Position numbers and translations under genes: made by a program
Shown: piece after piece, positions 25,386 through 32,793 of the stretch
Numbering within the stretch: position 1 is the stretch's first letter
How the letters are laid out: every line of letters begins with the position of its first letter
The notes under the pieces: model-generated
What the model was told of the DNA's origin: nothing
Databases searched by the model: none
What the model saw: the letters and a program-made list of their open reading frames with translations, nothing else
From: a virus
Direction: 5' to 3' (one strand)
Virus record (IMG/VR): IMGVR_UViG_3300044994_000093
Length of the DNA: 41,366 nt

Positions 25386-25962
25386 TGCTTAATTGCCTCC
25401 TCGCTTCTTCTATAGCCTGGTTCAATTCGAGCATTTGTGATTCAGAACCGCCTGCGTCCGGATGGGCTTTTTTCGCTTTGGCGCGAAAGATTGCTTCGGC
25501 TTCATCCAGCGAGGCGTCCGGATAAATACCCAGAACCTCGTGCCAGGCCTTGGCCGGTGGTGGTAACGCCTTGAACCCGGCCAGCTCCTGCTCAAGCGAC
25601 TGGGAAGTTTTACGCCGCGTGAGGGCTCGTTTTTCAGTCAGGTAGAGGTGAATATCCCAGAGATTGTCTTCCGGCCGAAAATAGCCATCGCAGGCAAGGC
25701 TGTAGTCGCATTGACCAACCCGAAAATACACGGCAACACCTGGATCGTCATCTCGGCGTGGGCGGCCGGTCAAAGTCCCCTTCGGATTCACATAATCGCA
25801 ACAGATGGTGATGTTGTAGGCATTCCACCGGCCCAGCTCAGAAACGAGCTTTTCCTTGGCTTGTGCCCAGGAGTGCGCACCATAACGGCTCTCGGTGCGA
25901 TGCTCGCGAGGTGTCCGATTTAAGTGGGCTGGCCAGGCCAATGAGCGATAGGATGAACTCAT
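25378..25962 (-). CDS. J-domain (DnaJ-like) protein with an unknown N-terminal domain
   Basis: C-terminus WHEVLGIYPDASLDEAEAIFRAKAKKAHPDAGGS contains the HPD tripeptide in J-domain context. Confidence 0.75.
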   Translation of the reverse strand: MSSSYRSLAWPAHLNRTPREHRTESRYGAHSWAQAKEKLVSELGRWNAYNITICCDYVNPKGTLTGRPRRDDDPGVAVYFRVGQCDYSLACDGYFRPEDNLWDIHLYLTEKRALTRRKTSQSLEQELAGFKALPPPAKAWHEVLGIYPDASLDEAEAIFRAKAKKAHPDAGGSESQMLELNQAIEEARRQLSNG

Positions 25963-26243
25963 ACTGTGATGATGTCCTCATTGGATTGATTCGCACTATT
26001 CAGATTGGATGCCTTATAGCGAAGCTCGTAGAGCGCGTTATAGGCTTCGTCGATGCTATTCATGTACCTGCCATTTGCTGAGAGTTTTGAATGCATCAGC
26101 TCAATTAAACAGGTTAAGGCCTCACCGAAATCGAGCTTGTGGGCGAACTGTCCATTGCTCAAAACGGAGTAGTGTCCTGGCTCTGACATTTCAACGACAA
26201 TGGTGCGAGGCTGGAAGTAGGGCACCGGCAAATTAGCCATCAT
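25959..26243 (-). CDS. Hypothetical protein (94 aa)
   Basis: ORF in the early operon. Confidence 0.5.
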   Translation of the reverse strand: MMANLPVPYFQPRTIVVEMSEPGHYSVLSNGQFAHKLDFGEALTCLIELMHSKLSANGRYMNSIDEAYNALYELRYKASNLNSANQSNEDIITV

Positions 26244-26437
26244 CTCAGGCCCTCTAAGCGTGCCTTAATGCGTTCCATCAACTGAATACGATGATCCATC
26301 TCGTCTGGTTTCATCGTGCCGTCGTTGACCATCCTGCCGAAGACGTGGCGACGCATAAGGATTTCACGTTCAATTTCCCTGATTTCCTGCTCAAGCTCAT
26401 GATTGTATCCAGGCAGTGAAAGCGGCTGTTGCATCAT
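26240..26437 (-). CDS. Hypothetical protein (65 aa)
   Basis: ORF coupled to recT. Confidence 0.5.
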   Translation of the reverse strand: MMQQPLSLPGYNHELEQEIREIEREILMRRHVFGRMVNDGTMKPDEMDHRIQLMERIKARLEGLR

Positions 26438-27390
26438 TTACCTGCTTTCTCGCCCGCTGGCGGCTCTGTCGGTTTACCAGCGAAGGAATCCAGACGGGAC
26501 TGCTGGGGCTCTTTGCTCTCGGCCTGGCCAGCATCATCCGGCTCGCTGGTTTGCGCCCAGATATCGATGACTTCTCCGGTTTCCACGTCCACCGTGGCAT
26601 ACCGGCCATCGTGGGCCGCGTCATCAATCTGCATGGCTATGCGCATCTGAGGCGTTAAGGCCATCGGGAGCCGTTTGTAGGCTCTGCGGAATACCGTCTT
26701 TTTGCCCATTTCCTCGAAGTGCTTGCCCCAGACAGAATCCTTTTGCTTGCCGTATTTGGCGGCCTGTTTATAGTTCGCCGATTCGTCCCGAACGCGCTCG
26801 ACATCGGCCTTGGTCATGAATTCCACATGCCTCGAACCGTCCTTGAATCGCACCAGGCAATAGAACCCGATGAGATCGCCCCGTGGGCCTCTCAGCTCCG
26901 GCTTGTGCTGGATGGGCTCCTCACGGCCATAATCGAGATCGAAATGGTCGTTGGCATACACATCCACGCAGCTAATCGAGCTGATTTCGCCGCTGTTCCG
27001 CACCAGGCGCATCAGGCCCTTGTAGCCGGGAATGACCTGGACTTGCTGACCGTAAGGCAACAGGTAAACCTGGCCGTGGTACGGATCCGGCTCCAGACCC
27101 ATCGCCGCTGCCGTGATGAGGCTTTTCATCAGGGAGCCAGGGTCACACTCCAGGAGCTTGGGCGTCTGTTTGATGTTCAACACGAACATCTGTTTCAGGC
27201 GGTTAAAGTCGAGGTGAGGCGGCATCACCGCCGTGATGTCGGAACGGATGGACTCGACTAGGACGCCCATGGCGTTGGCCCGGTCCTTCGTGGCGGCCTT
27301 TGGGTCCTGGACTTTCGCCATGGCTGCTGCAAAGTCTGTTTTCGTAATGCCTTTACTGCCGTCTGGAGCGGTTGCTAGTTGATTAGCCAT
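26434..27390 (-). CDS. recT: RecT-family single-strand annealing recombinase
   Basis: 318 aa. Contains QVYLLPYGQQVQVIPGYKGLMRLVRNSGEISSI. Paired with an upstream YqaJ-type exonuclease. Confidence 0.85.
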   Translation of the reverse strand: MANQLATAPDGSKGITKTDFAAAMAKVQDPKAATKDRANAMGVLVESIRSDITAVMPPHLDFNRLKQMFVLNIKQTPKLLECDPGSLMKSLITAAAMGLEPDPYHGQVYLLPYGQQVQVIPGYKGLMRLVRNSGEISSISCVDVYANDHFDLDYGREEPIQHKPELRGPRGDLIGFYCLVRFKDGSRHVEFMTKADVERVRDESANYKQAAKYGKQKDSVWGKHFEEMGKKTVFRRAYKRLPMALTPQMRIAMQIDDAAHDGRYATVDVETGEVIDIWAQTSEPDDAGQAESKEPQQSRLDSFAGKPTEPPAGEKAGK

Positions 27391-28363
27391 TATCGTTGGC
27401 CTCCTTCAATTTCATCTTGGTCACCCGGAGCACACGATAGGTCGAGGCCTTAACCATGTGCTCGGCTCGGGTCATTTCCTTATAGGTGACCTTGTATCCG
27501 TCACCCACAGCCACATCCGCCTCGGCTTTGGAGAGCACCTCGATAAACTTGGCTTTGATCAGGTCCTCGTTGTCTTTGGCTTCTTTGGTGTTCTGTTTAG
27601 CACGCTCCCACAGTTCGCAGAGTTCCAGCAGTGAGCCATCGTCGATGACGGCCACCTTGTTGATACCCTCGAACAGCTTGGCCGCCGTGGCCAGGTCGGC
27701 GGAATCGGATATCTCTGGAACTTGGCCCAGCTGGATCGTTTCCCAGAACTCGGCAACGGCCTCCTCCAGCATTCTGATGGTGGTCTCGTGCCGCTTCCGG
27801 ATGATGACGTGGGACTCGTTCCCACCCACCAGCATGCCTATGGCGCCCCAGGTTCTGCCGGTGACGGCCAGCTGATGCTGCAGCTGGAGCTCGATGTGGA
27901 GCGGCGCCTCGATGGACTTGTCTTCGTTCACTTGGAACGACGAATAGAACACGGACCGATCCACGTTCTTGATTTCCAGGCAGCCAGGGCCATCCGGGTG
28001 GTTTAAAATTTCATAGTCCAGGCTGGCGCCCATGCCTTTGACAGTCGGATGGAGCAGGTAGCGGCGAACCTTCTGGATTTTCCAACCCTGTTCCTCGGCT
28101 ATGCCCTGGGCAATCATGGGCTCCAGTAATGTCCCCCAGCGCATGCGCTCGTTGCCGAACTCCGGACGGGCTACCTTGCCCGATTTCTGATGCCAGAGAT
28201 TAAACCGGGTGATATAAGGCGATTCGCCAAACAGGGCCGCCACTTCGGAGCCGCCGATATTCTGAGCGCGAAGCTCATGCCAGTGGGCCTCATCCTCGAC
28301 TTTGACGTGACGCTTGCCCGTCAGCGCATCGGTGATGCCTTTCTCTTTCTCTGCCAGGGTCAT
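27383..28363 (-). CDS. YqaJ-like (lambda Exo-type, PD-(D/E)xK) recombination exonuclease
   Basis: 326 aa. Contains NIGGSEVAALFGESPYITRFNLWHQKSG...GTLLEP. Confidence 0.8.
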   Translation of the reverse strand: MTLAEKEKGITDALTGKRHVKVEDEAHWHELRAQNIGGSEVAALFGESPYITRFNLWHQKSGKVARPEFGNERMRWGTLLEPMIAQGIAEEQGWKIQKVRRYLLHPTVKGMGASLDYEILNHPDGPGCLEIKNVDRSVFYSSFQVNEDKSIEAPLHIELQLQHQLAVTGRTWGAIGMLVGGNESHVIIRKRHETTIRMLEEAVAEFWETIQLGQVPEISDSADLATAAKLFEGINKVAVIDDGSLLELCELWERAKQNTKEAKDNEDLIKAKFIEVLSKAEADVAVGDGYKVTYKEMTRAEHMVKASTYRVLRVTKMKLKEANDNG

Positions 28364-28499
28364 AAACCAGAGCTCTCCTTTTATGCCGCCTATTAACGAG
28401 TCAGCGCCGGAAAAACAGTGCGGATGCCACGAGAACGACTGCCGTCAGCCCGATACGAGGCAAAAACGGCGGAACACTGACGACGCTGGGTGTAAATGA

Positions 28500-28602
28500 G
28501 TCCATTGCCGGAATCGAACCGGTTACTTCAGGGATGGCAGACCCGAAGCCCGAACCTGGTTGGACAGGGAAACCGGCCGAAGCCGGGACGAAGGGTAATG
28601 AC
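28500..28602 (-). ncRNA. Second tRNA-like element (degenerate or atypical tRNA, or a tRNA-derived fragment)
   Basis: T-arm-like ACCGG-TTCGATT-CCGGC followed by AATGGAC. Upstream hairpins: CCGGC-UUCG-GCCGG (28573..28586), CCTG-TCCAAC-CAGG (28555..28568, loop resembles a Trp UCCAA loop), and CTTCGGG-9 nt-CCTGAAG (28526..28548). The acceptor pairing is imperfect. Confidence 0.3.
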
Positions 28603-28636
28603 TTGGTTATTGTTTGTTGGTTAGAGGAGAAGGAAT

Positions 28637-28709
28637 CGCCACCCGCAGGATTCGAACCTGCAACCATCGGCTTTGGAGGCCGCTGCGCTCCCGATTGCGC
28701 CAGGGTGAC
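28637..28709 (-). tRNA. trnW: tRNA-Trp (anticodon CCA)
   Basis: Hand-folded 73-nt cloverleaf: acceptor GTCACCC/GGGTGGC, D arm GCGC-AATCGGGA-GCGC, anticodon arm GCGGC-CTCCAAA-GCCGA (G27:A43 mismatch), variable loop TGGTT, T arm GCAGG-TTCGAAT-CCTGC, discriminator G. CCA is not encoded. Confidence 0.8.
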
Positions 28710-28773
28710 AGAGACAGGGGCCACCGGCCCCGAGGATGGCACGTAGTTCGTAACAGGGAACTCAGACACGGGA

Positions 28774-29067
28774 CTAGAAGCCTTTGAATAGTGCGTGGGC
28801 GAACCAATCAACGGCCGCAGGCCAGTCCAGACCAAAGCCCATCAGGAGCATCATTACCTGGATGGCCACTAACAGGAACACCGCTGCGTTCGCCAGCGTA
28901 TAGCCGCCACTGCTAATATAGGATTCCGCCGTATAGCCTCGGGAAACGGACTTGCCACCTTTTACGCTTGCGGTAGTATTTGTAGTTGTGTCCGTAGTAC
29001 GAATGACCTGCAAAGCCGCATGACGTTGGCAGCAGGCTGCCTCGGCTTTGGGTGTTTTGTGGCGCAT
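28774..29067 (-). CDS. Small early protein with a C-terminal TM helix
   Basis: 97 aa. TM segment NAAVFLLVAIQVMMLLMGFGL. Ends in TAG. Confidence 0.5.
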   Translation of the reverse strand: MRHKTPKAEAACCQRHAALQVIRTTDTTTNTTASVKGGKSVSRGYTAESYISSGGYTLANAAVFLLVAIQVMMLLMGFGLDWPAAVDWFAHALFKGF

Positions 29068-29088
29068 GGCTGTGGTTCCTTTCCCTAA

Positions 29089-29310
29089 TTACGCTTCTGT
29101 TGCTTGTTGTTCACGCAGCAGACGGTTGGCACGCATCATTTTGAGATGGCGCATCACGCTGGCCAGGTTGTGCTTGGATTCTTCGCTGCCGATGCCTGCT
29201 TCGTCGAGCGCCGACTGGGAGCGCTCCAGCAAGTCGTCGGTGATTGCGTCACGGCCAAAGGCGATGACGACGTGTGGACGTCGATTATTGGGTTTTCCAT
29301 CCCGCGTCAT
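29089..29310 (-). CDS. Hypothetical early protein (73 aa)
   Basis: ORF directly downstream of the cro-like gene. Confidence 0.5.
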   Translation of the reverse strand: MTRDGKPNNRRPHVVIAFGRDAITDDLLERSQSALDEAGIGSEESKHNLASVMRHLKMMRANRLLREQQATEA

Positions 29311-29355
29311 GGCTGTTTTTGCCTTCCTGTTGGCTAGTGCTTTGTTACAGGTTGT

Positions 29356-29595
29356 TTACCTAGTGCCGTTTTTCAAAACTTCCCCAGAGGTTGATTCTTC
29401 CTCAAAAAAATACTCTATAGGCTTTTCAAACGCTTCAGCCAAAACAGCGAGCGTGTTTGCGGAAGGGACTGACAATCCCCGTCTTAACTTACGGATGCAA
29501 TTGTGTGAGACACCGGCAAACCGTTGGATGCCAGCTATAGAAACTCTTTCATCACTCAGGAGTGCATCTAATTTTCTCGCCGAAAATTTCTTCAT
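29356..29595 (-). CDS. Cro-like XRE-family HTH regulator
   Basis: 79 aa. HTH VSIAGIQRFAGVSHNCIRKLRRG. Divergent from the CI-like gene. AGGTGA SD lies 5 nt upstream. Confidence 0.75.
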   Translation of the reverse strand: MKKFSARKLDALLSDERVSIAGIQRFAGVSHNCIRKLRRGLSVPSANTLAVLAEAFEKPIEYFFEEESTSGEVLKNGTR

Positions 29596-29685
29596 ATTTC
29601 ACCTATTAACCTATAGGTACATCTTAAACCCTTGGGTGATTTTGGTCAACCCCATAGGTTCGATGCCAGGAACCTATAGTTGAAT
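29596..29685. promoter_or_regulatory. Divergent immunity switch region with three related operator-like sites and two promoters
   Basis: Operator-like sites: ACCTATAGGT (29609..29618, perfect palindrome), AACCCCATAGGTT (29648..29660), AACCTATAGTT (29671..29681). Leftward promoter: -35 TTGACC (29644..29649), 17-nt spacer, -10 TAAGAT (29621..29626). Rightward -10 TATAGT (29675..29680) ends 5 nt before ATG 29686. Confidence 0.6.
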
Positions 29686-30084
29686 ATGTGGAAATTCGGC
29701 CAATACATAAGCGAACTGCTTTCAGCTAAAGACTGGAATATGGCAAAGCTAGCCAAAGAGGCTGGTTTGTCCCATCAGTACGTCCGATGGGTTGTCAATG
29801 GCGAAACAGCAGACAAGCCAAACCCTCCAAGCATAAGTGTTGACACTCTTCTGTCCCTCTCAAGGGCCTTAGGAGCCAGCCCAATAGCTTTATTGAGGGT
29901 GTATGATGGAAAAAGCCCAGATAGTGACGAGCAACTAGCCCCGGATACCCTTGGATTACTCGCTGATTTTATAGGGAAGCTGCCTCCTGAGGTTGTTATT
30001 CAGGCTTTGGAGCAGCGTTTCCCGGATAAGGACAGCAAAAAGCGTTTTGCACAGAAATACTTTGAAGGTAAAGAAAAGGAATAA
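29686..30084 (+). CDS. CI-like repressor (XRE HTH, no S24 peptidase domain), probably translated from a leaderless mRNA
   Basis: HTH WNMAKLAKEAGLSHQYVRWVVNG. ATG 29686 has no SD and lies 5 nt downstream of TATAGT. Confidence 0.7.
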   Translation: MWKFGQYISELLSAKDWNMAKLAKEAGLSHQYVRWVVNGETADKPNPPSISVDTLLSLSRALGASPIALLRVYDGKSPDSDEQLAPDTLGLLADFIGKLPPEVVIQALEQRFPDKDSKKRFAQKYFEGKEKE

Positions 30085-30088
30085 CGCC

Positions 30089-30625
30089 GTGCCTGCGCTT
30101 ATTATTGGTGCAGTTGTTTTATTGGCCATACTTTGGCAGGTTATTCAGTTCATCTGGCCGATCCTCCTCATCATCTTTATTGTGATTGTTGTCGTTTTCG
30201 TGGCCCAGGTTCTCAGGAATTCTAATGAGCCAACATCGAATGGCGGCATTGAGCTCCGTGCAGAATTTAAGTCAAAACCAGACAATGTAAAAACTGATAA
30301 AGCAATTGAGGCCCAAAAGGGTACGGTATTTGAAGAATGGTGGCGGGTCCGAGATCGCTTGGGATATGAAGATCACTACTCGACTAACGAAGATTTGAGA
30401 GATTCGATTCGTTATGCCATTGGAGTGTGGAAAACCTTGAAAGGGCTTGATACACCTATTCCAGATGAACTTTATATCAAAGCAATTGACGCTATTTTTA
30501 ATAGCCCAGAACTTTTGCAGTATGCAAGTAAATGGAGTGATAGCGTTTACAACCGCCGAACACCATGGCATCGAACTCGCCTAACCCAGAATGATTACTT
30601 TAATCGAGTCGCGTCGCTATTTTAA
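30089..30625 (+). CDS. Membrane-anchored protein co-transcribed with the repressor (two N-terminal TM helices plus a ~130-aa soluble domain)
   Basis: GTG 30089 is 4 nt after the cI-like stop, with AAGGA upstream. TM segments PALIIGAVVLLAILWQVIQFIWPILLIIFIVIVVVFVAQVL. Confidence 0.6.
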   Translation: MPALIIGAVVLLAILWQVIQFIWPILLIIFIVIVVVFVAQVLRNSNEPTSNGGIELRAEFKSKPDNVKTDKAIEAQKGTVFEEWWRVRDRLGYEDHYSTNEDLRDSIRYAIGVWKTLKGLDTPIPDELYIKAIDAIFNSPELLQYASKWSDSVYNRRTPWHRTRLTQNDYFNRVASLF

Positions 30626-30828
30626 TCACAGAGCCAATTAAGCAACATACACTCATATAATCCAGTAACTTCACCATCTAGCCGCCGGAATACCTGACAC
30701 AATGAATCCTCATCCAATTCGTCAAATAAGCAATGCAAATTTAAACCAGTTTCGCTGGCTTTTTGGAGCATTTTCTCCCCGCTTTCTTCGTTTAAATCAG
30801 ATGGTTACCGGACACACAAAAACGAACA

Positions 30829-30853
30829 TAACTGTTCCCCTCCAAAACAGTTA
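30829..30853. repeat. Inverted repeat TAACTGTT-9 nt-AACAGTTA
   Basis: Read directly, in the AT-rich non-coding stretch upstream of the integrase operon. Confidence 0.6.
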
Positions 30854-30899
30854 CCTTGGCACTAATTCAGGCAATCAACACGCAATATATTTCTTGAGA

Positions 30900-30935
30900 T
30901 TTACACATGTAGCAAAAAACAATCGTATGTGTAAA
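30900..30935. repeat. Perfect 9-bp inverted repeat TTTACACAT-18 nt-ATGTGTAAA
   Basis: Read directly, about 30 nt upstream of ORF 30968. Confidence 0.6.
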
Positions 30936-30967
30936 GATGATATAGCTCAGTTTAATGCGAAAGAATC

Positions 30968-31243
30968 ATGATTAGCTTAGGGAAGGCTAACACTATGGAT
31001 AATGAGCCAAAATCATTCAAAGAACGATGGAAACGTTCTACTCGCAGCCAAAAGAATGGGTATATTGCTCTGGGTATATCGAGCGCCTTGATAATCGGTA
31101 TGCAATTTACGTTTTTAGGCGGTCTGCCTTGGTGGGTTTACATTCTCTTCTGGCTGATGCTTGCTGGCGGTCTGGCAGGTGCCTTTAATCAGGGTTCTGC
31201 TAATCAAAATCTGGCCGATATGAACAAGTCAGATGAAAAATAG
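30968..31243 (+). CDS. Small two-TM membrane protein
   Basis: TM segments YIALGISSALIIGMQFTFLGGLPWWVYILFWLMLAGGLAGAF. ATG 30995 has the better SD. Overlaps the integrase start by 11 nt. Confidence 0.5.
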   Translation: MISLGKANTMDNEPKSFKERWKRSTRSQKNGYIALGISSALIIGMQFTFLGGLPWWVYILFWLMLAGGLAGAFNQGSANQNLADMNKSDEK

Positions 31244-32792
31244 CAGCTGTTTTCTTTATGCCCGCGTCTCCTCCGACAAGCAAGAGGACGAAGGCTACAG
31301 CATTCCGGCCCAGCTCCGTATGCTCCAGGAGTATGCTGACCGCCAAGGCTTCACAGTGACCGAGGAGTTCATCGACGTTGAAACCGCGAAGCAACCAGGC
31401 CGGTCTGCCTTCAATCGGATGGTTAAGGCACTAAAAGCCAAAAACGCCCCTAAAATCCTCCTAGTGGAGAAAACCGACCGTCTCACCCGTAATTACCATG
31501 ATGAACTAACCATCAACAGCCTTGTGCAGGAACAAGGTGTGTCCGTCCACTACGTCAAAGAAGGCGAGATCATCTGCCAAAACGCCAGCTCCCACACGAA
31601 GCTGATACACAACATCAAAGTGGCCCTCGCCCAGCACTATGTGGACAACCTCTCCGAGGAAATCAAGAAAGGCAAGCGAGAAAAGGCCAAGCAAGGCGGA
31701 TGGTCGAGTAAGGCTCCGCTCGGTTATCAAATGGTCAAGGGTGAGCTCCAGGTGGATCCGGAAGGTGCCGCTTTTGTAAAGAAAGCATTCAGCCTGTTTG
31801 CCTCTGGAATTTACTCACTGCGGGCCTGTGCCGATAAACTCTTCGAATCCGGATTGATTTATAAGCCTGGCATCCCGGTCATCCAAGCCGCCACGCTGCA
31901 GAAAATACTAACGAATCGTCTCTACCTGGGCGAGGTTCACAACAACGGAGAGCGTTACCCAGGCAGGCATCAGCCGCTGGTGGATGAAATCACATTTCAG
32001 CAGGCTCAGAGAGCACTCAGAAAAGACAATAAACCGCTCAGTTACACGGCAAACACCTTTGTGTTCCGTGGCATCGTCAACTGTGGTGAATGTGGCTCGC
32101 CGCTCGTTGGAGAGCTAAAAAAAGGCGGAAAATACACCTATTATCGGTGTGTCACGAAGGCGCACCGCGGGGAATGCTCCCAGGGTTACATCAACGAAAT
32201 CAAGATGTCAGAAGCGGTCAAGCAAACGTTTCTCCGGATTCGCTTTCCGGAACACGTCAAAGATGCCATAGGCCTTGCAGTGGCTGAATCCGACAAAATC
32301 AAACAACGACAGGACGAGCACCAGGCCAGCGAGATTCGCAGAAAACTAACCAACGCCAAAAGCGCAATTCAGCAGGCATACAGAGACCGCACGGCCGGGA
32401 TAATCGACGCTGAATTCTTTCAGGAGCTGGCCGCAGAGTACAAAGAAAAAATCCAAAACTTAGAAATTGAGTTACAGGCCATCGGGAATGCGGATATCGA
32501 TTATTACGAGACCGTTCAAATGTTGTTCGAACTCGGCGAAACCTTGTATTCAAGCTGGATTGCAGGCACTGTGGAAGAAAACGCGTTACTTTTGAAATTG
32601 GTGTGTTCGAACTTTTCTGTCAAAGACGGAAACCCGCTCATTGAGCTGAAAGAACCGTTCCGAACATTGGCCAATACTGGCACTTGTAAACTTTGGTGGA
32701 GCAATAGAGAAGTAGCTCGAACGCTCCTGATACCTCTTCTTACGCAACACTCTGTTACAATTAGAACAATGCATCAAGCCTTGTGTGCCTAA
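31233..32792 (+). CDS. Large serine recombinase (phage integrase)
   Basis: 519 aa. Resolvase catalytic N-terminus FLYARVSSDKQ, recombinase domain, Cys-rich zinc ribbon (CGECGSP...YYRC), and a coiled-coil C-terminus. Confidence 0.85.
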   Translation: MKNSSCFLYARVSSDKQEDEGYSIPAQLRMLQEYADRQGFTVTEEFIDVETAKQPGRSAFNRMVKALKAKNAPKILLVEKTDRLTRNYHDELTINSLVQEQGVSVHYVKEGEIICQNASSHTKLIHNIKVALAQHYVDNLSEEIKKGKREKAKQGGWSSKAPLGYQMVKGELQVDPEGAAFVKKAFSLFASGIYSLRACADKLFESGLIYKPGIPVIQAATLQKILTNRLYLGEVHNNGERYPGRHQPLVDEITFQQAQRALRKDNKPLSYTANTFVFRGIVNCGECGSPLVGELKKGGKYTYYRCVTKAHRGECSQGYINEIKMSEAVKQTFLRIRFPEHVKDAIGLAVAESDKIKQRQDEHQASEIRRKLTNAKSAIQQAYRDRTAGIIDAEFFQELAAEYKEKIQNLEIELQAIGNADIDYYETVQMLFELGETLYSSWIAGTVEENALLLKLVCSNFSVKDGNPLIELKEPFRTLANTGTCKLWWSNREVARTLLIPLLTQHSVTIRTMHQALCA

Positions 32793-32793
32793 A

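Noticed and set aside
28620-28626. Possible amber-suppressor anticodon loop: CTCTAAC on the minus strand, just 3' of tRNA-Trp.
   Set aside because: The flanking bases cannot form an anticodon stem, and there is no T-arm or acceptor around it. No other xU-CUA-Ax loop was seen in non-coding regions.
28401-28835. 144-aa minus-strand ORF spanning the tRNA locus.
   Set aside because: It overlaps the hand-folded tRNA-Trp and the tRNA-like hairpins, its sequence is Pro/Ser/Gly-rich, and it has no SD. The region is better explained as RNA genes.
29048-29683. 211-aa plus-strand ORF across the early-left genes.
   Set aside because: It is antisense to three well-supported minus-strand ORFs, including the Cro-like HTH. 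It would run through the operator region and has no motif.
30702-30971. 89-aa plus-strand ORF in the AT-rich spacer upstream of the integrase operon.
   Set aside because: Its composition is atypical (Asn/Phe/Leu-rich), it has no SD, and it spans both inverted repeats. It is more likely non-coding (att or regulatory region), although coding cannot be excluded.
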